A stretch of DNA of 61,655 nucleotides, filler included, from Hausera hauseri (GCA_046269625.1; 10 parts of 10 records of this genome joined end to end with filler, not necessarily neighbours in it), one strand, 5' to 3'; counted from the whole stretch's first letter, positions 27,849 to 41,599 are shown. Program-made: numbers and translations. Notes: a model not told the origin generated them from the sequence alone.

Positions 27849-28930
27849 TTAACATTCTCGGTAGATCCTCTGTTGTTTCGAAATGTTGATTTCGAGGGAG
27901 TGCCTATTTCTAAAAACGTTTACCTCCGTAAGCCGTTTTGGTTCTTCTGGAGATTTTTGTTTCCTGATTATTGCTTCTTCTGGGTCTTCCATGGTCGTTA
28001 GTCGATTTTCTGCTGGCAATGATTCATTAGTCCCTTCTGTCATCTCGATCGTCCTTAGGGTCTCTCTGGTTCTAGTTTTGTGCGCTCTTTTAAATATAAA
28101 ATCATACAATGAAGTTTTCTTTTTAGTGTTTTGGATGGGTAAATCGACCTTCTGTTTCTTTGGAACCTGGGGAACTCTGAAAGTCATACTGTCGGTCCCT
28201 TTTTTAGTCAGATGTTCGGAAGTCTCCTGACTAGAACTGGGTATTTGGTTGTCACTGATTCTAGGTACCGTAATCTCACTAGATTTATATGGCTGGTATT
28301 GTTTCCGATACTTTCCATTAATTCCATCTGGGTTTGCAGAGCTGATTAAGTTGTGCTCGAGATTCTGGGGAACCCATTCGTGTTCCCATAATAATCTTGC
28401 ATAAATATCTCGAAGGTGTTGGGTACGTTGACCCGCTGTCAATAGCTTACTGACATTAACACGACTATTATTCGCGGCTTCCACCATTAGCTTAAAATAA
28501 GCATCCATAATTTTCGGCATTGGATAGTCTCTTCCCCGCAATAATTTCTTTGCCCGCTCGGTGATAACGGAGTGTGCTGAGTTCTCTTATCCCTGTGAGC
28601 TGTGAATAAGGAAATTCTAATAAAGATATAATTTCTTCCACACGGTATCCAACAAGGATGTACCCATATAGGAAATAAGCTAATTCTGTTTGTACAACCT
28701 TGATATCTTTTCCATTCCTTAGGTTTTCTTTATGAATCTATGTCTGATCGTATAAGGTTCCCCTGACACGTTTTCTGGGACTAATAATTGTGTGATAAGA
28801 TTCTATTCCATTTGTCTCTCTGACTGAAATATCCATTGGGATTTTCTCTGTTTCGCTTCCTTCGCCACAACTTATGGCGATAATTCTTACGTTTCTAGCA
28901 TTCGATACCAGTATATAGGAGTATAAGTAT
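27849..28930 (-). pseudogene. REX4/ISG20-like DEDDh exonuclease-fold accessory protein (acidic ExoI residues lost) plus low-complexity tail
   Basis: RIIAISCGEG..MDISVRETNGIESYHTIISPRKRV..KENLRNGKDIKVVQTELAYFLYGYILVGY follows the REX4 pattern ALDCE..RVSIVN..YDKYVKP..GIRPENLK..VVQKEVAEMLKGRILVGH. Confidence 0.65.
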
Positions 28931-29598
28931 TTTTCCTATTCTGATTCTAACAGTTCATGCCAAAATCTTAGGGGCGGTAAGGAGACATGGTCTTGTTCAT
29001 CTTTCGTTACCTCAATCATCATCTTAACGGGGAGAGCGGTGACTCGAAATTCTAATTTCTTATCCTTCGCTTTGTAATTTAAGGGTACTGAACCTGTATT
29101 ATCTTCCATTTCTCGTGTTCCACTCTTGGTCTTGGAGCCGGTAATAAATTTTTCCATCGGCTAGATGGATATAAAGGTCTCGACCAAATTCGTAATTTAC
29201 TAACTGCCTGCGTGAGTATGCCCTAGCATCTCGGTCTTCTCTCATGGCATAGAGATAGACAACTATAGTTTCTTCTGTGGTTCCCTTTAAATTATTCGGT
29301 ATAGTATGGACCTGGTCATATTTCACGGCTACCTTCCCGTGTAGTTCGTTGTGGATCGCTCGATAGATGGAATTAGAATTCACAATAAGCACGGTAGCGC
29401 AATCTTGCAGAAATTCGTCGATACTACGTCGGCATATTGAAATGTTTCTTTCTTTCGGTGCGTCGATCCTACGTCGTCCGATATTTTATGGTTCTTAATT
29501 CTGAAAAATAAATCATAAGGATTACTCTTACAATAAAGAACGGTTCTAAAATAAAACCAATTCTTCATTTGATGACAGAATATCCCACTCTGTAGTTG

Positions 29599-31000
29599 TC
29601 AGGTTATTTTATCATACGGATCAATAGGGTTTTCCAATTCCCTTAGTTCCCATTCCGTAATTTTAGGACGCTTAGAATGACAATTTTTTGCAACTAACCG
29701 AAAAATCGCAACTAATGTAGTGAGAACAAACGTTGACAGTACAACGATCGATACGATCGGTAAAGTGGTTAATCCCATTGGCGCCGGAGTGGTGATTGGA
29801 GTTGCGTTTTCATCGTCTGTTTTCGTATATTTGTGATTTTGACGAATTTCCTCTAATGTGCGCAATGTAATTGTTTGGTTTTGTTTATTCTTTGCATGTA
29901 CTTGAACTATGTAATCGGATAGTGGTTTTAGCAAGTTGCATTCTGTCTAGTAAGGGTTTTAAGCAAGGATACAATTTGATTATTATACGTTGTTCGGCAA
30001 CGTATGTATATATCGTAATCTAGTTTCTCCTCCACAAAGAACAATTTTGAATCGATGTGCCGAATATTTGATAGGGATATTTCCAATTCTCTTTTAGGCG
30101 TAGTGCCCGGCGTAACGATTCTTGCAAGGGTATTAATCCGACTGGTCGGTCTTTTAGTTGTCATTTCTATCGAAATTTTCCATATTTTATTCTCGGAATA
30201 GTAAGTTCGTAAGTACATACTCTGTTTGTTAGGTTGCACTTTATATAGGTCAAATGTTATTTTGAATTCCTTATTTATTGGTAGCTTACAACATGGATGT
30301 TGCACACCGGCACGGATGGAACAGTATTCTATTTTCGGAGTTTGTCCGTTTACCGTTTCGACGACAATACTAATTTCTTGGCTAATGTTTAGTCCTGTTC
30401 AAGCATCTACTTGGATGCACTGTTTTTCCTTATTTATTGAAATCTTTTTATATTCTCGTCTAATAACCTTATCTCTGGATTGGTGGATTGCAGAATTTCG
30501 ATGGGTTTCCTTCCTAATCACCCCGGCCAAGGGGAAATAACCAACCAAAGTTGTGGATTTACTTCGATGTAGATTTCTGTTGAGGCCGGCAAAAACATGC
30601 GATAAGTAAGGATGTATGTACGTCCAAAATCTATGTCGCAGCACAATGTATAATCTCCGGGTTCAAAATCACATTTTCCCGCTTTTTTGTTGCTTCATCG
30701 TATAGGATAATCTGAAAGTTCCCAAAATCGTGATGTAGCCTCCAAGTTTTAAATCCAACATATACAGCATTTGGCAAAAAGTACTGAACCATCATTGATT
30801 GTAATAATTCAATGTCTTCTGCTCTTTGGTTTCTTCTCCGGTATGGTAATCTTCGCTTTCAGCCCGCTTTTCCGTATTCCGTATACGTCTCCTAGCATAG
30901 ATTCGTCGTCCTACCATTGAGTTTGTGTTTTTGGGATATAGGAAGCAATTAACGATAGTGCTAAAACTATTTGAACGTATGATATTGGCCTAGAAATTAC
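29599..31000 (-). pseudogene. Post-integrase single-pass membrane protein with FN3-like strand(s)
   Basis: Signal-like ISYVQIVLALSLIASYIP; LKPLSDYIVQVHAKN (FN3 L.P...Y.V.V.A.N); TM LPIVSIVVLSTFVLTTLVAIF followed by basic residues. Confidence 0.55.
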
Positions 31001-31049
31001 TGAAGAAGTTTTTATCTCGCGTTGACGCAAATTACAACGTTTATTGGGC

Positions 31050-32652
31050 CGTATCTCCGTCTTTACGATTCTCTGTACTGAGATAACTTCTTCCTTTTCG
31101 TTTTTGTTAATGTACACTGCAGTTGGCGTGGTTCTGGTAATTTCGTATGGTCCTCTGCCTCTACGAGTCAATTTTAATGACGTGTCTTTTTGGCTACCGG
31201 GTAATGTACATAAACCCAATTTCCTGGTTCTAGATTGTGTAGCTTAGCCTTCTTATCGCATTGTTTTTTAAATTTTTCTCGATATTCTCGGGACAACTCC
31301 TTAGCGATTTCCAAACATTTTTGTAGTCGCGTTTGCAATACTTTTGCAAAGTTTTGTTCTAAATCCTCGGGATTTACTATGTATGGCGTCATTTCTAAGT
31401 CTGTAGGTAGAAGAGTTTAACGTCCATACATCATGAAAAATGGCGTAAATCCTGTTGCGGGGTGGTATTAATTGCAAATTGAGTTCCTTCTAGAAATATA
31501 TCCCAATCCTTTTGGTCTTTGGCTACTACAGTCGATAGTATGCGTATAACAGTCGTATTCATTCGTTCAGCCATTCCATTGAAATGAGGATGATACACTG
31601 CTTTAGTTAACCTTTCGATTTCAAATATTTTACGAATCTTTTCGAATAGTTTACTGGTAAAATTTCTTCCTCAATCTGTTATTATTTGATCTGGCGGTCC
31701 ATATCGGCAAATTATTCTTCTGACTACAGCTTCTGCCAAAGTTTCTGCTTTTTGATCAGTCAACGCTACCAAATCGACAAAATGAGTTAGTCGATCAATA
31801 CAAGTCAAGATATATTTATTATTCTTGTGAGTCGTAGGAAGCGGTCGTACGATATCTATTGACATGGCTTGCATAGGCCTATCGGGTACGGCAATTGGTT
31901 TCAGCTCTGCCATGTAATTCTTTGTCTTTTTCTGTTTAGTAGCACATACATCGCAAGCATTTACCCAATTCTTACATCGATATAGATACTGGACCAAAAG
32001 TATTTGTTCAATACTCTTTCCAGTGTTTTCCTCCAGGACGTGTCCTGTCAAAATATGAGTCGTGTTTCGACATCAGAACTTCAGTTCGTAAGTTTTTTGG
32101 AATAACTTTCAATTTTCTTCCTTTTCGTTCATAATATAGAAGGTTTTTTAAGCTCTTGTTGTTTAGAACGCAATATTTGTGCCCGTGTCTACGTAGATGT
32201 TTCTTTAATTGTCGTCCTTTTGGTATTATGTCCTTCTCAGCAAATTTTATAATCTGCTGGATAATCCTATTCTTTCTTTGTTTGGTTGAGATTTTAATCG
32301 CTTTATCCATCCTTAGGACATTGGCGATCTATTATTTCTTCAAGCTGACTTTTCTTCATTACAGTAATTGCACTTGTTTTGGTCTTTAATATTGATGGTG
32401 CATCGGTGTCTACATGTTAATTTCCTGGCTTATACTGAAATTCGATATTAAGTCTAGAGATTTCTTCGATCCATCTGTTAAATGTGCATGTTGGATTATT
32501 CGCTCGTCCTTTTAGAGTCGTGGCGGCTTTATGATCAGTGAAAATTATAATTTCTTGCCCGTGCACGTAAACGTTGAAGTGTTGAAGCGCTTCTTTTACG
32601 GCTAGAGTTTCTAATTCAGTAACGGAATAATTTTTCTTGACCTTCTTCAAGG
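31050..32652 (-). pseudogene. Gypsy RNase H and integrase (family B)
   Basis: NYSVTELETLAV..IFTDHKA (RH); H..GH..CDVC (zinc finger); MSIDIV, YILTCIDRLT, IITD, NGMAERMN (core); GRGPYEI (GPY/F). Confidence 0.93.
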
Positions 32653-32783
32653 NNNNNNNNNNNNNNNNNNNNNNNNNNNNNNNNNNNNNNNNNNNNTTAA
32701 TTAATTAANNNNNNNNNNNNNNNNNNNNNNNNNNNNNNNNNNNNNNNNNNNNCAAATTTGAAGCGATCAAAGAATTGGTATTA

Positions 32784-33201
<418 letters not shown>

Positions 33202-33741
33202 CTAGTAAATCTTTACTCTAATAGACCAAAACACTCAAATAAGAAATACTTGTTTTCACACCATATTCGAAGTCATCGTTGCAAGATTGTGATAAAACTT
33301 TAGCATAACTAATTACAGCATCACCAAGCTTTTTAATTTCCGCTAAATCAAAACTAGTTTCTTTATAACTTCGTCCTTTACGCATGTAACACTGAATATG
33401 ATATCTATCTGACATATGGAGCGGAGAAAACGTCAAAGTTTTAATTTCAAGTATAAGACTTTACAATTTCTATGGTCGGATTGCCTACTGGCGATTGACA
33501 TGAGATTGAAGTAGGTTGCTTGACATGTTGAACTTGAACAGATAACAGCTGATTTATGAATGACTCTGACAAATATGACAAAACCCGTTTTAGCGAGAGA
33601 GCTTACAGTCCTGTCCATGTCATTGGACGCATTACGGTTACGTCATTTTGATACTTATAGAAAAATGTAAATCTCTCTGAAAAATGGATCGATTAAAATG
33701 TTTTAAAACATTTCTGCTGCTAATAAGTCATTGTTGCCTCG

Positions 33742-33846
33742 AGGCGAGAAACCGGGCCCGCTTATGCGCCCGACGTGCCAGCAGCGGAAAACCCGGCCGT
33801 GCCCAACCGGATGGGCCGGAGGGCGACGATCGACGCGAGCAGCACA
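33742..33846 (-). repeat. 105-nt GC-rich terminal module, copy 3 (start of the 3' terminal repeat of family A copy 2)
   Basis: On the minus strand it begins TGTG three nt after a polypurine tract. Confidence 0.85.
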
Positions 33847-33849
33847 TTA

Positions 33850-33861
33850 CCTCCTCCCCCC
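33850..33861 (-). promoter_or_regulatory. Polypurine tract of family A copy 2
   Basis: GGGGGGAGGAGG downstream of integrase, followed by TAA-TGTG. Confidence 0.8.
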
Positions 33862-36800
33862 GTGGCAAAGTTGGAACTATAAAGAATAAAAGATACAGAA
33901 AAACCTCAAAACGAAAAGTGTGTGTTAGTTGAGCTTAGTGTGTATAAGGCGTTGAATACCTTCGACTGATTTTTTCCTACTATATTGGCTGAATGTGGCT
34001 TTGCGTGTTGTGTGTTTGTACAATGTGTTTGTTTACAGATGTTAAGGTTGGGGAAAAAAATTGGTATATTTTGGTGTAGGTGTTATGTCGTGCGAAGGTG
34101 AATCAGAATTAATGGAAGATAAAGACGAAGAAGGAAGAGGGATTGTTGAAGACGGATGATTAAAGGTGTTGTAAAGGGTGTCAGAAGACGAAGGAGTGAT
34201 GAAAGGTGTATTGGTGGATGAAGGAAGAGAAGAAAAGTTGTAGTAGAGATTGGAATTGTGTTGAGTGAAAGAGTTGAAGAAGCAGATGATACAGAGGTAG
34301 TGGTAGAGATAGGAAGACTGATAGGAATAGAAGTAGAAGTGTAGAAAATTATGGAGCAAGACTAGGTGCGGAAGACAAAGGTAAAAGTGGTGCAGCAATA
34401 GATGTAGTGGCAACAGGGAGTGGAGGAGTAAGAAAAGAGTTTGGCATGTCGGTTGGTAAGGTGTCGTCGACAAAGAAAGCGGGCTTGAAGTTAGTAATGT
34501 GTACTGTGAAGTCTTTGCCGTCTTTGGATATGATGGCGTTATGCGAGTGCAGCTGTATAAGTTTATAGGGTCCCAGGAACCTTGGCTGGAAATCGCAAAA
34601 AGCTTGATTCTTCAGCCATACGAATTTTGCCGTGTACAAATCTTCATGTAAGTATGTTTTATCTTTGTGAAGTATCATGCAGAACAAATCTTTACTGACC
34701 TCGACAAAGTGATTTTGCGCCGCCCGTATCGTCTTATCCGTGGAAGTGTCATCTAGGGCGGTTAGTTCGAATAATGATCGGACAGGAGCTCCGAATAAGT
34801 CTTTATTAGGTGAGCATCATGTGGAAGTTGACGGAGTGTTTCGCCATCCGAGAAGAACGAACGGAAGAAGATTCGTCCAACTACTGTTCGACTCTGCGAG
34901 AATTCTTAGTGACGTTTTCGATGTACGATGGAAACGTTCTAGGAGGCCATTCGATTGGGATGATAAGGCTTAGTATTTATGTGATGGATCCCCAATCGGT
35001 TAACTAGGGATTTGAACAGGTTGGATTCAAACTGTGGACCCTGGTCCGTGATGATAAAGCGAGGTGATCCGAACCTGCTAATCCACGTGCGAATGAAAAC
35101 GTCAGCTATGATGTCAGTGTTTGTGCTTCGCAGAGGGATGGCTTCTGGCCATCGTGAGGAACGGTTTATCACGGTGAGGATGAATTTATGACCGTTGTCT
35201 GGAGGAAGAGGGCCAACGATGTCGATATGCACGGATTCGAAACGCGATGTGAAGGGAAAGTGGAATAGTGGTGGATTTAAATGCTTAGTTGTTTTGTATT
35301 TTTGGCATGCCACACACTCCTTAACCCACGCTTGCACATCAGAACGCATTGACGGCCATATTACTTGTCGATGAAGTAGACGAAAAGTGGCTTTAGCACC
35401 AGGATGGTGTAATGAATGCACATGGTGAAATACTTGCCTTTGCAATGAAGGTGCTAGAATTATTACTGAATGGCCTAGTTTGGAGGTGTCCAAGGCCACG
35501 CCGTCAACGATTGTGCAAGATTTAAAAGACTTAAGAATGTCTTGAGGTGGCTGGTTCTCTTGAAGTTGGTTATTCGTGAAGATCGGTAAAATGTTAATCG
35601 AACTAACCGATCTAGATAAAAAATCAGCAACTAAATTGTTAATCCGTTAATATGTTTAATATCGAAGTTAAATGTTAATTAGTATGATATTTGTCGTTCT
35701 TGGCGTCTGGAAGGCTGTTTCATGGCCATGATGTTAAGCAAAAGCTTGTGAACAGTTTATAGAGTGAAATGACGAACGACAAGTAGGTGTGAGATGTGCT
35801 TTAAGGCGAGAACGATTGCCAATAGTTCTCAAAAAAAGTGGAATATCGGGTTTCAGGTGCTGTTAGCTTGCGGGAGAAAAATTCTAAAGGTTGGTTTTCT
35901 CCCTTGTAAATCTGGTGGAGTACAGCGCCTACAGCAGTGGTTGACGCGTCAGTGGTGAGGATGAGCTCTGCATCAGGCTTGGGAAAGGCAAGGATATCAA
36001 CGGTCTGATGTTTTTTGCCGCGACTTGTCAATTCCGAGCAATAGGGTATGTATTTATGTAAAAAGTGTAGTGTGCCAAGGAAGCTACGCATTTCGGTAGT
36101 TGGACGTGGCAATTGGATGTTTTTAAGGGCTTCGACTCGGTCTGACTGGGGAGAATGTCCGTCTGGTGTGATAACGTGGCCTAAAAGTTAATGCGCTTTT
36201 CAAAGAAGTTGAATTTGTCGAAATTGATTTGGAGATTATGGTGGTTGAGACGTTGGCGTATTGCGCGAATGTGTTCTTCGTGTTGTTTGGCGGAAAATGA
36301 AACAACTAAAATATCTTCGATATAAGGGTGTGCAAACGAGAAATCGGAAAGAATGGAATCAATGTGTCGCTGGAAAGTTCTTTCGGCATTTCGCAAACCG
36401 AATGGCATAAAGAGGTATTCATAGAGGCCAAAAGGAGTAGTTACAGCGGTTTTTTCTATGTCTTTGTGTGCCGGCGTACTATGCCGGAACGTTCTAGTTC
36501 GAGAAATTCGGCTTCTACGGTTTGTCTACGGTGAGGTGATAGAGGCCGTACCTTTTGGTGTATTGGACGTTGATGCTGTGTGACTATATGGTGTAAGGTG
36601 CTGTTGGAAGGAGTGAAAGTACAATATTTTTTAAGTACGCTTGGACATGATTTGTTGATGAACTGTTGTAAAGTTGTAGGTAACTGAGAGATTTTGTGAA
36701 GATGGTGAAACGGCTTGAGTGGTAGCGGATGTAATGTGTGAGTTGGTAGGTGATGTGCATTCCAGTGGTATTTGATGTAAGATGGTTAAATTGAAAATGG

Positions 36801-38443
36801 TGTTGCCTGAGGTATTTTCGTCGAATGAGTTGTCGTTGGTGGCAGTACCACAATTATCGACATTGAACTTCAACCGAATGTCAGTATTATTATTTAAAAA
36901 TTTACGGTCGAATGCGCGGCAGTCGAAACGTAATTTATATGTCCAGAAATGTCGCCAACGGTGCCTTTCCTCAAACACCGCTGACTGCAGTCAACCAGTA
37001 AGTTGTAGTGTGTGAGAAATTCAGATCCAAGAATTGCTGACTGGACGTTAGCGACTGTGAAAGTGCAGTGGAGGTTGAAAAAAAATTCAGCAGATTGAAA
37101 GATAATTTGGACGTGTCAGAAATGTGCAGCGGTTGGCCTGAATCAGTGTATAAGTGCTTGATCTTGAATGAAGTATTTTGTGCGGGAAAAGTTGATGGTA
37201 ATAAAGAAATTGCTGCACCTGTATCGATAAGAAAATTAATAGATTGTGTTGAAGGGGCAGTAATTGTAGCCTTTAGAGTAAAGACTGCATAAGAGACGTT
37301 TCGGCGTGCAGAATGTGAAGTAGTGCCTTTGCCAGAGTTTGCCGTGACCTCTGGCGGCGAACTTAGTTTTTTTGGAAAGATGAACTGGGACAACTGTGAG
37401 AAGTGAAGGCAGTACGTCTGTCATTCGTATTGGACTTGAAGGTACAGCCAGAGATACATTTACGTGCTTGATTTTTGAATCTCGCGTGGTAAGTGCAAAC
37501 AACGCTGTCCAAGGAAAACTTCTGGTTATAAAATTGGCAACCCAGGCAGAATTTCTGAGCATTAGTGTTGAATCAGCTGTGATAATAGGAGATCGACGAA
37601 CGCGCAGGCGATGGTGAGCGGTTTCGTGACGTAGAATGGGTACAGGAAGCGGCAAAGCCCCCTTGGCGGGACAGAGACAATTCGTTCAATTTATTATTGA
37701 TGTTATTGATTGTTGCATGTAATGCAATGTTTTCAGCAAGTAGCAGATTAAGTTGTTGTTCAATAGATGTGTTATCGTTAGCGTCAACTGCTGCTGAAAC
37801 GATTGGTGGTGAATTTGCATGTAAGATATCGTGTGTCCTATAGGCCAATTCGGCCAATTTTTCAAGCGGCCTGGAATCTCCCACCACGGTAAGGAGGGCC
37901 TGGATTTGTATATGTAGCGCATTAAGAAAATAGTGGAGTAGAAGATCTGGGTTGTGCTCCTTAGTGACACCAAGAGTACGCATGTGTGCTAATGACGTGC
38001 GTAAGAAGTCACTGGGATTTTGTCCCCATTGCATTTTCATTAAAGAAACGTTGCATTATGGAGTCAATTGAAGGTTCGGTCTGTTTTAATACAGCGTCGA
38101 ATAGTTGGTATAAGGGTCAGGGTGTTGAAAGATGTCTAGCAAATTATGTATTACGGCTTTTATGGAGTTTGGGAGAAGATAAAGTAAGCTGTGGGCTTTA
38201 GATAAGGAGTTTGTGATACCATTAGACTGTAGCGAGTTGATGGAAGTGAAGCCACGTTTTACTGGACTTTTCATTATCTATGAAGTATTCAGTGCAATTT
38301 GTAGAAGTATGAACAGGATTTTTGTTTGAAGAATTTGCGTCGGTAAAAATAGGTGGATGATTTGGTCTGGTGTAGTAGAGAATAGGTATTGACTTTATTG
38401 TGTTGGTAGTATCCGTGGTGTCAGTGATTGGCGGAGAGTTCAT

Positions 38444-38660
38444 TCCACCACGGATACGGAGATGTATGTTGAAGCAAGCGTGATTTGAAAAATAAGATAA
38501 AGTTTCGTTGAGATATATGATAGCGCCGTGATGGCTGAGACAAAAGTCTGAAGAACCAAGGAAAGAAATGCGGGTCCGAAAAGTGGGAATGTGCGGATGT
38601 GGTGAATTGAGGGTGTAGATGTGTATGTTATAAAAAAAGGAAAATGAAAGTGGGAGCAAT
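38444..38660 (-). CDS. Ubiquitin-like domain at the Gag N-terminus (family A copy 2)
   Basis: ~72 aa; FCLSHHGAII..ETLSYF..FNIHLRIRGG followed immediately by Met. Confidence 0.7.
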
Positions 38661-40515
38661 GGTGGGCCTGGGGGTATGATGTGGGGCCAACGCCGAAGGC
38701 GCCGTCCGACCGACCGGCGCACAGTTGGCGGTTGGAACCTCCGCCCGGCGGAGATGGCACCAAAATGCAGGGTGCCCGAATTTCCCCTCAAAAGTAGTTA
38801 TCCAAGGTGCCAGTGGGCAAAACCTCTGTTAGGAAATACAATGTCAAAGAACTTACAGAGGAAATTGGTGGCAGTAATCCAAACTTTTCGAGTTTTGGAG
38901 TCTATCATATCAACATATTCTTTTTTCAAGAGAAACTGTAACTGTAGATGGCGATGGTGGGCCTGATGGTGGAGTGAGAGATGTTTCTTGAGAGTTTGTA
39001 TAGAGAAGTAAATGAATGAGATGTTGCAGTTGACAGACCTAATACAGTTTCTATCACTGTGGAATTTCCGATCTGGCGTTGAACGGCAACTTTATGGGCT
39101 AGACGATTATGCAAACATAAAGTAGGTCCAAAACCGTTTTTACAATCATACAAACGACCTTCGAGTACAACGGCGAAAGTATATTGATCAGCTTTTAACA
39201 GCATATAAAGATCTGTGAAATCAATAAGTTTGGTAGTAAAACGTGTTTCAATAATCGTGTTAACATGTGTGACCGACTTGACAGACACTCGATCACGGAA
39301 ATATTGAATAGTCTGACCAATGATACTGTATATATCGGTTAATTGTGTCACACCAGACGGACTTAGCGCTGGTGGAGTGCTACGAACATCATTCAGGTCA
39401 ATGAACTGATTCTTTTTTATTCGAACTTCGATGGCATCACAAAACGGTAACTATCGTTCTATTAATTGGTCAATATTACGTCTTTCGTATACTTTAAGCA
39501 CAGCGTTATCATTCAATACTCGANNNNNNNNNNNNNNNNNNNNNNNNNNNNNNNNNNNNNNNNNNNNTTAATTAATTAANNNNNNNNNNNNNNNNNNNNN
39601 NNNNNNNNNNNNNNNNNNNNNNNAAGTGTCGTCATGAGATTCTTCGAATAATGCATGCTTGACCGAATATTCGAGTTAGATTAATTAAATATTCGACTTG
39701 TAAGCTCGAATTAAAATATCTATCATAATATTCCGATTGACCATATATGACTTCCTATCCAGCCCCGCTATTAGAATTATCAATTTCCGCTTCACTGAGC
39801 TTTAAATGCACATTTTGATTAATTAGATATATTGATTTTGTATCTATATGAATCATTTGCATGGAATAATTTTTATGTATCAGGTGGTTTTCATATATGA
39901 GGAATCGATTGTCGTTGTTAAAGTTTTCGAATAGTTCGAACTTCGATATTCGAGCTTGAAAATAATCGAATTTCGAATATCTGACTTGAGATTCGTGATC
40001 GCTATATTCGATTTTCTATCTGCCCCGCTAATTATAATATCGAAATTTGACTCAATAGGACCTAAAATACTTATGGAAAGTCTACCGCAGTTGAACTTTG
40101 GATCAATATTAATCGAAAACTAATCAAAAAATTTAAATTTTAATTGCACATTCATGTACTACACCATGTTTGTGTTCGAATGTACCCGGTCACATGTACT
40201 AATCATCAATATTGGAAATATCGGAAAACCGATATTATTGATTTTTGCACACTTGCACATGTGTTTTTGCACTGCACAGTATATATTAAGGTGAATCTCA
40301 ATGTGCTCTATCTATCTGCACTGACCCCAATCGATTCCATCAATCCTACGCTGCACAATGACAAATATGTGAAAAGTGTAAAGTGCCTTGGTAACCGTAT
40401 CCAAGAGCATACCTGACGCGAGTATTTCACTGAATGATAGTACATCAAGTACTGTACCCGCCAGTATATGTGCCATATTAATAATATTGATTTTCAATTT
40501 ATGACGGAAAGTCCT

Positions 40516-40955
40516 ATGGGAAGTCTGTCTCAGTTGGCAATTATTTGAGAACCAATCAATATATTTAAATTCTAACTGCACATTGGCACAGTCCATCATG
40601 TGTGCTATCAATTTCACCCGGTGTCGAGTGATAATCATCAATATTGGGATTATCGGAATTCAGATATTATTAATTTTTGCACACTTGCACATGTGCAGCA
40701 CACCTGCACTGTGCACTAATCCATGTGCACGGATGTGCACTATCGATTTGCATTTTGTCCCGATCAATTCGATCAGTACTGCACTGTGCAGCGGTCTATT
40801 TGTGAAATTTGCAAAAATGTGCATAGCAACGGTGACTAGCGGCAATGTTGCCTAGCTCACTACCGATCGATAGTGCACAGTGTGCACTATCGATTGCCAC
40901 ATGTGTAAATAAATTTATCGATTACCCTCCCCCCGGAGTGAGACAGACTTCCCAT
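40516..40955. repeat. 17-bp inverted repeat pair flanking a TGCA-rich segment with an internal perfect hairpin
   Basis: ATGGGAAGTCTGTCTCA (40516-40532) / TGAGACAGACTTCCCAT (40939-40955); ATCGATAGTGCAC-AGT-GTGCACTATCGAT (40866-40894). Confidence 0.7.
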
Positions 40956-41599
40956 TTTTACACTACTATTAGAGATTACTCATACTCTGTATTGGTATTG
41001 ATTTTTAAAATTTATAATGAAAATAGATAGAATCTGCAGTTAACAGTCAAGTCTAATGTCATATGTTTAATACCCTTTACAATCAATGAATATGCTTACG
41101 ACACTGCAGAGATGGTCGAGCAAAATAGGTGTAATATACCCTTTAATGAATATAAAACAATGGCCAAGCATAACGATCTAGAAATCACCAGCAGGTCTTC
41201 ACAGAAGGGATAGAACAGAATTCAATTGGAACTACCAACTGAACCCACAAAACAAATGGGTTAGTATAACTTATATATATCAACATTATTAACAAAGAAT
41301 TGTTTTAAAAGAAGAACAAAAATATGCTTATTGTACAAGATTAACTTCCGATACCGAATATTTGGTAATAATAAAAAATTGCATTCATTACTATGAATGC
41401 CACATGAGAACGTTACTTAAAACTAATGACAGTAAAGTTCCATTTTAATAAGAATGATGTCAGAAATGATTTATATCGATGTAACCGAAATAAACATAGC
41501 TGTGTGTGCAATATTAATTATCGTCCTAAGTATTTTGTTGATTTTATAGTTGGCTCTAGGCACCTTGCTATTACCCAAAATCTACAGACAAGTTCTTAC

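Larger units (their letters stand above)
27362..32652 (-). mobile_element. Ty3/Gypsy family B, 3' half (RNase H, integrase, long accessory region)
   Basis: pol motifs at 31-32.6 kb; region 28510-29180 is homologous to 60980-61655. Confidence 0.85.
33742..39523 (-). mobile_element. Ty3/Gypsy family A copy 2 (upstream ORF, UBL-Gag, PR, RT, RH, INT, PPT), decayed
   Basis: FNIHLRIRGG; GQNPSDFLR (Gag); FLIDTGAAISLLP (PR); MPFGLRNAERTFQR..YIEDIL (RT); LTTDASTTAVGAVL (RH); HSLHHPG..CVAC, VHIDIVGPLP, ITDQGPQF, GPYK (INT); upstream limit uncertain. Confidence 0.93.
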
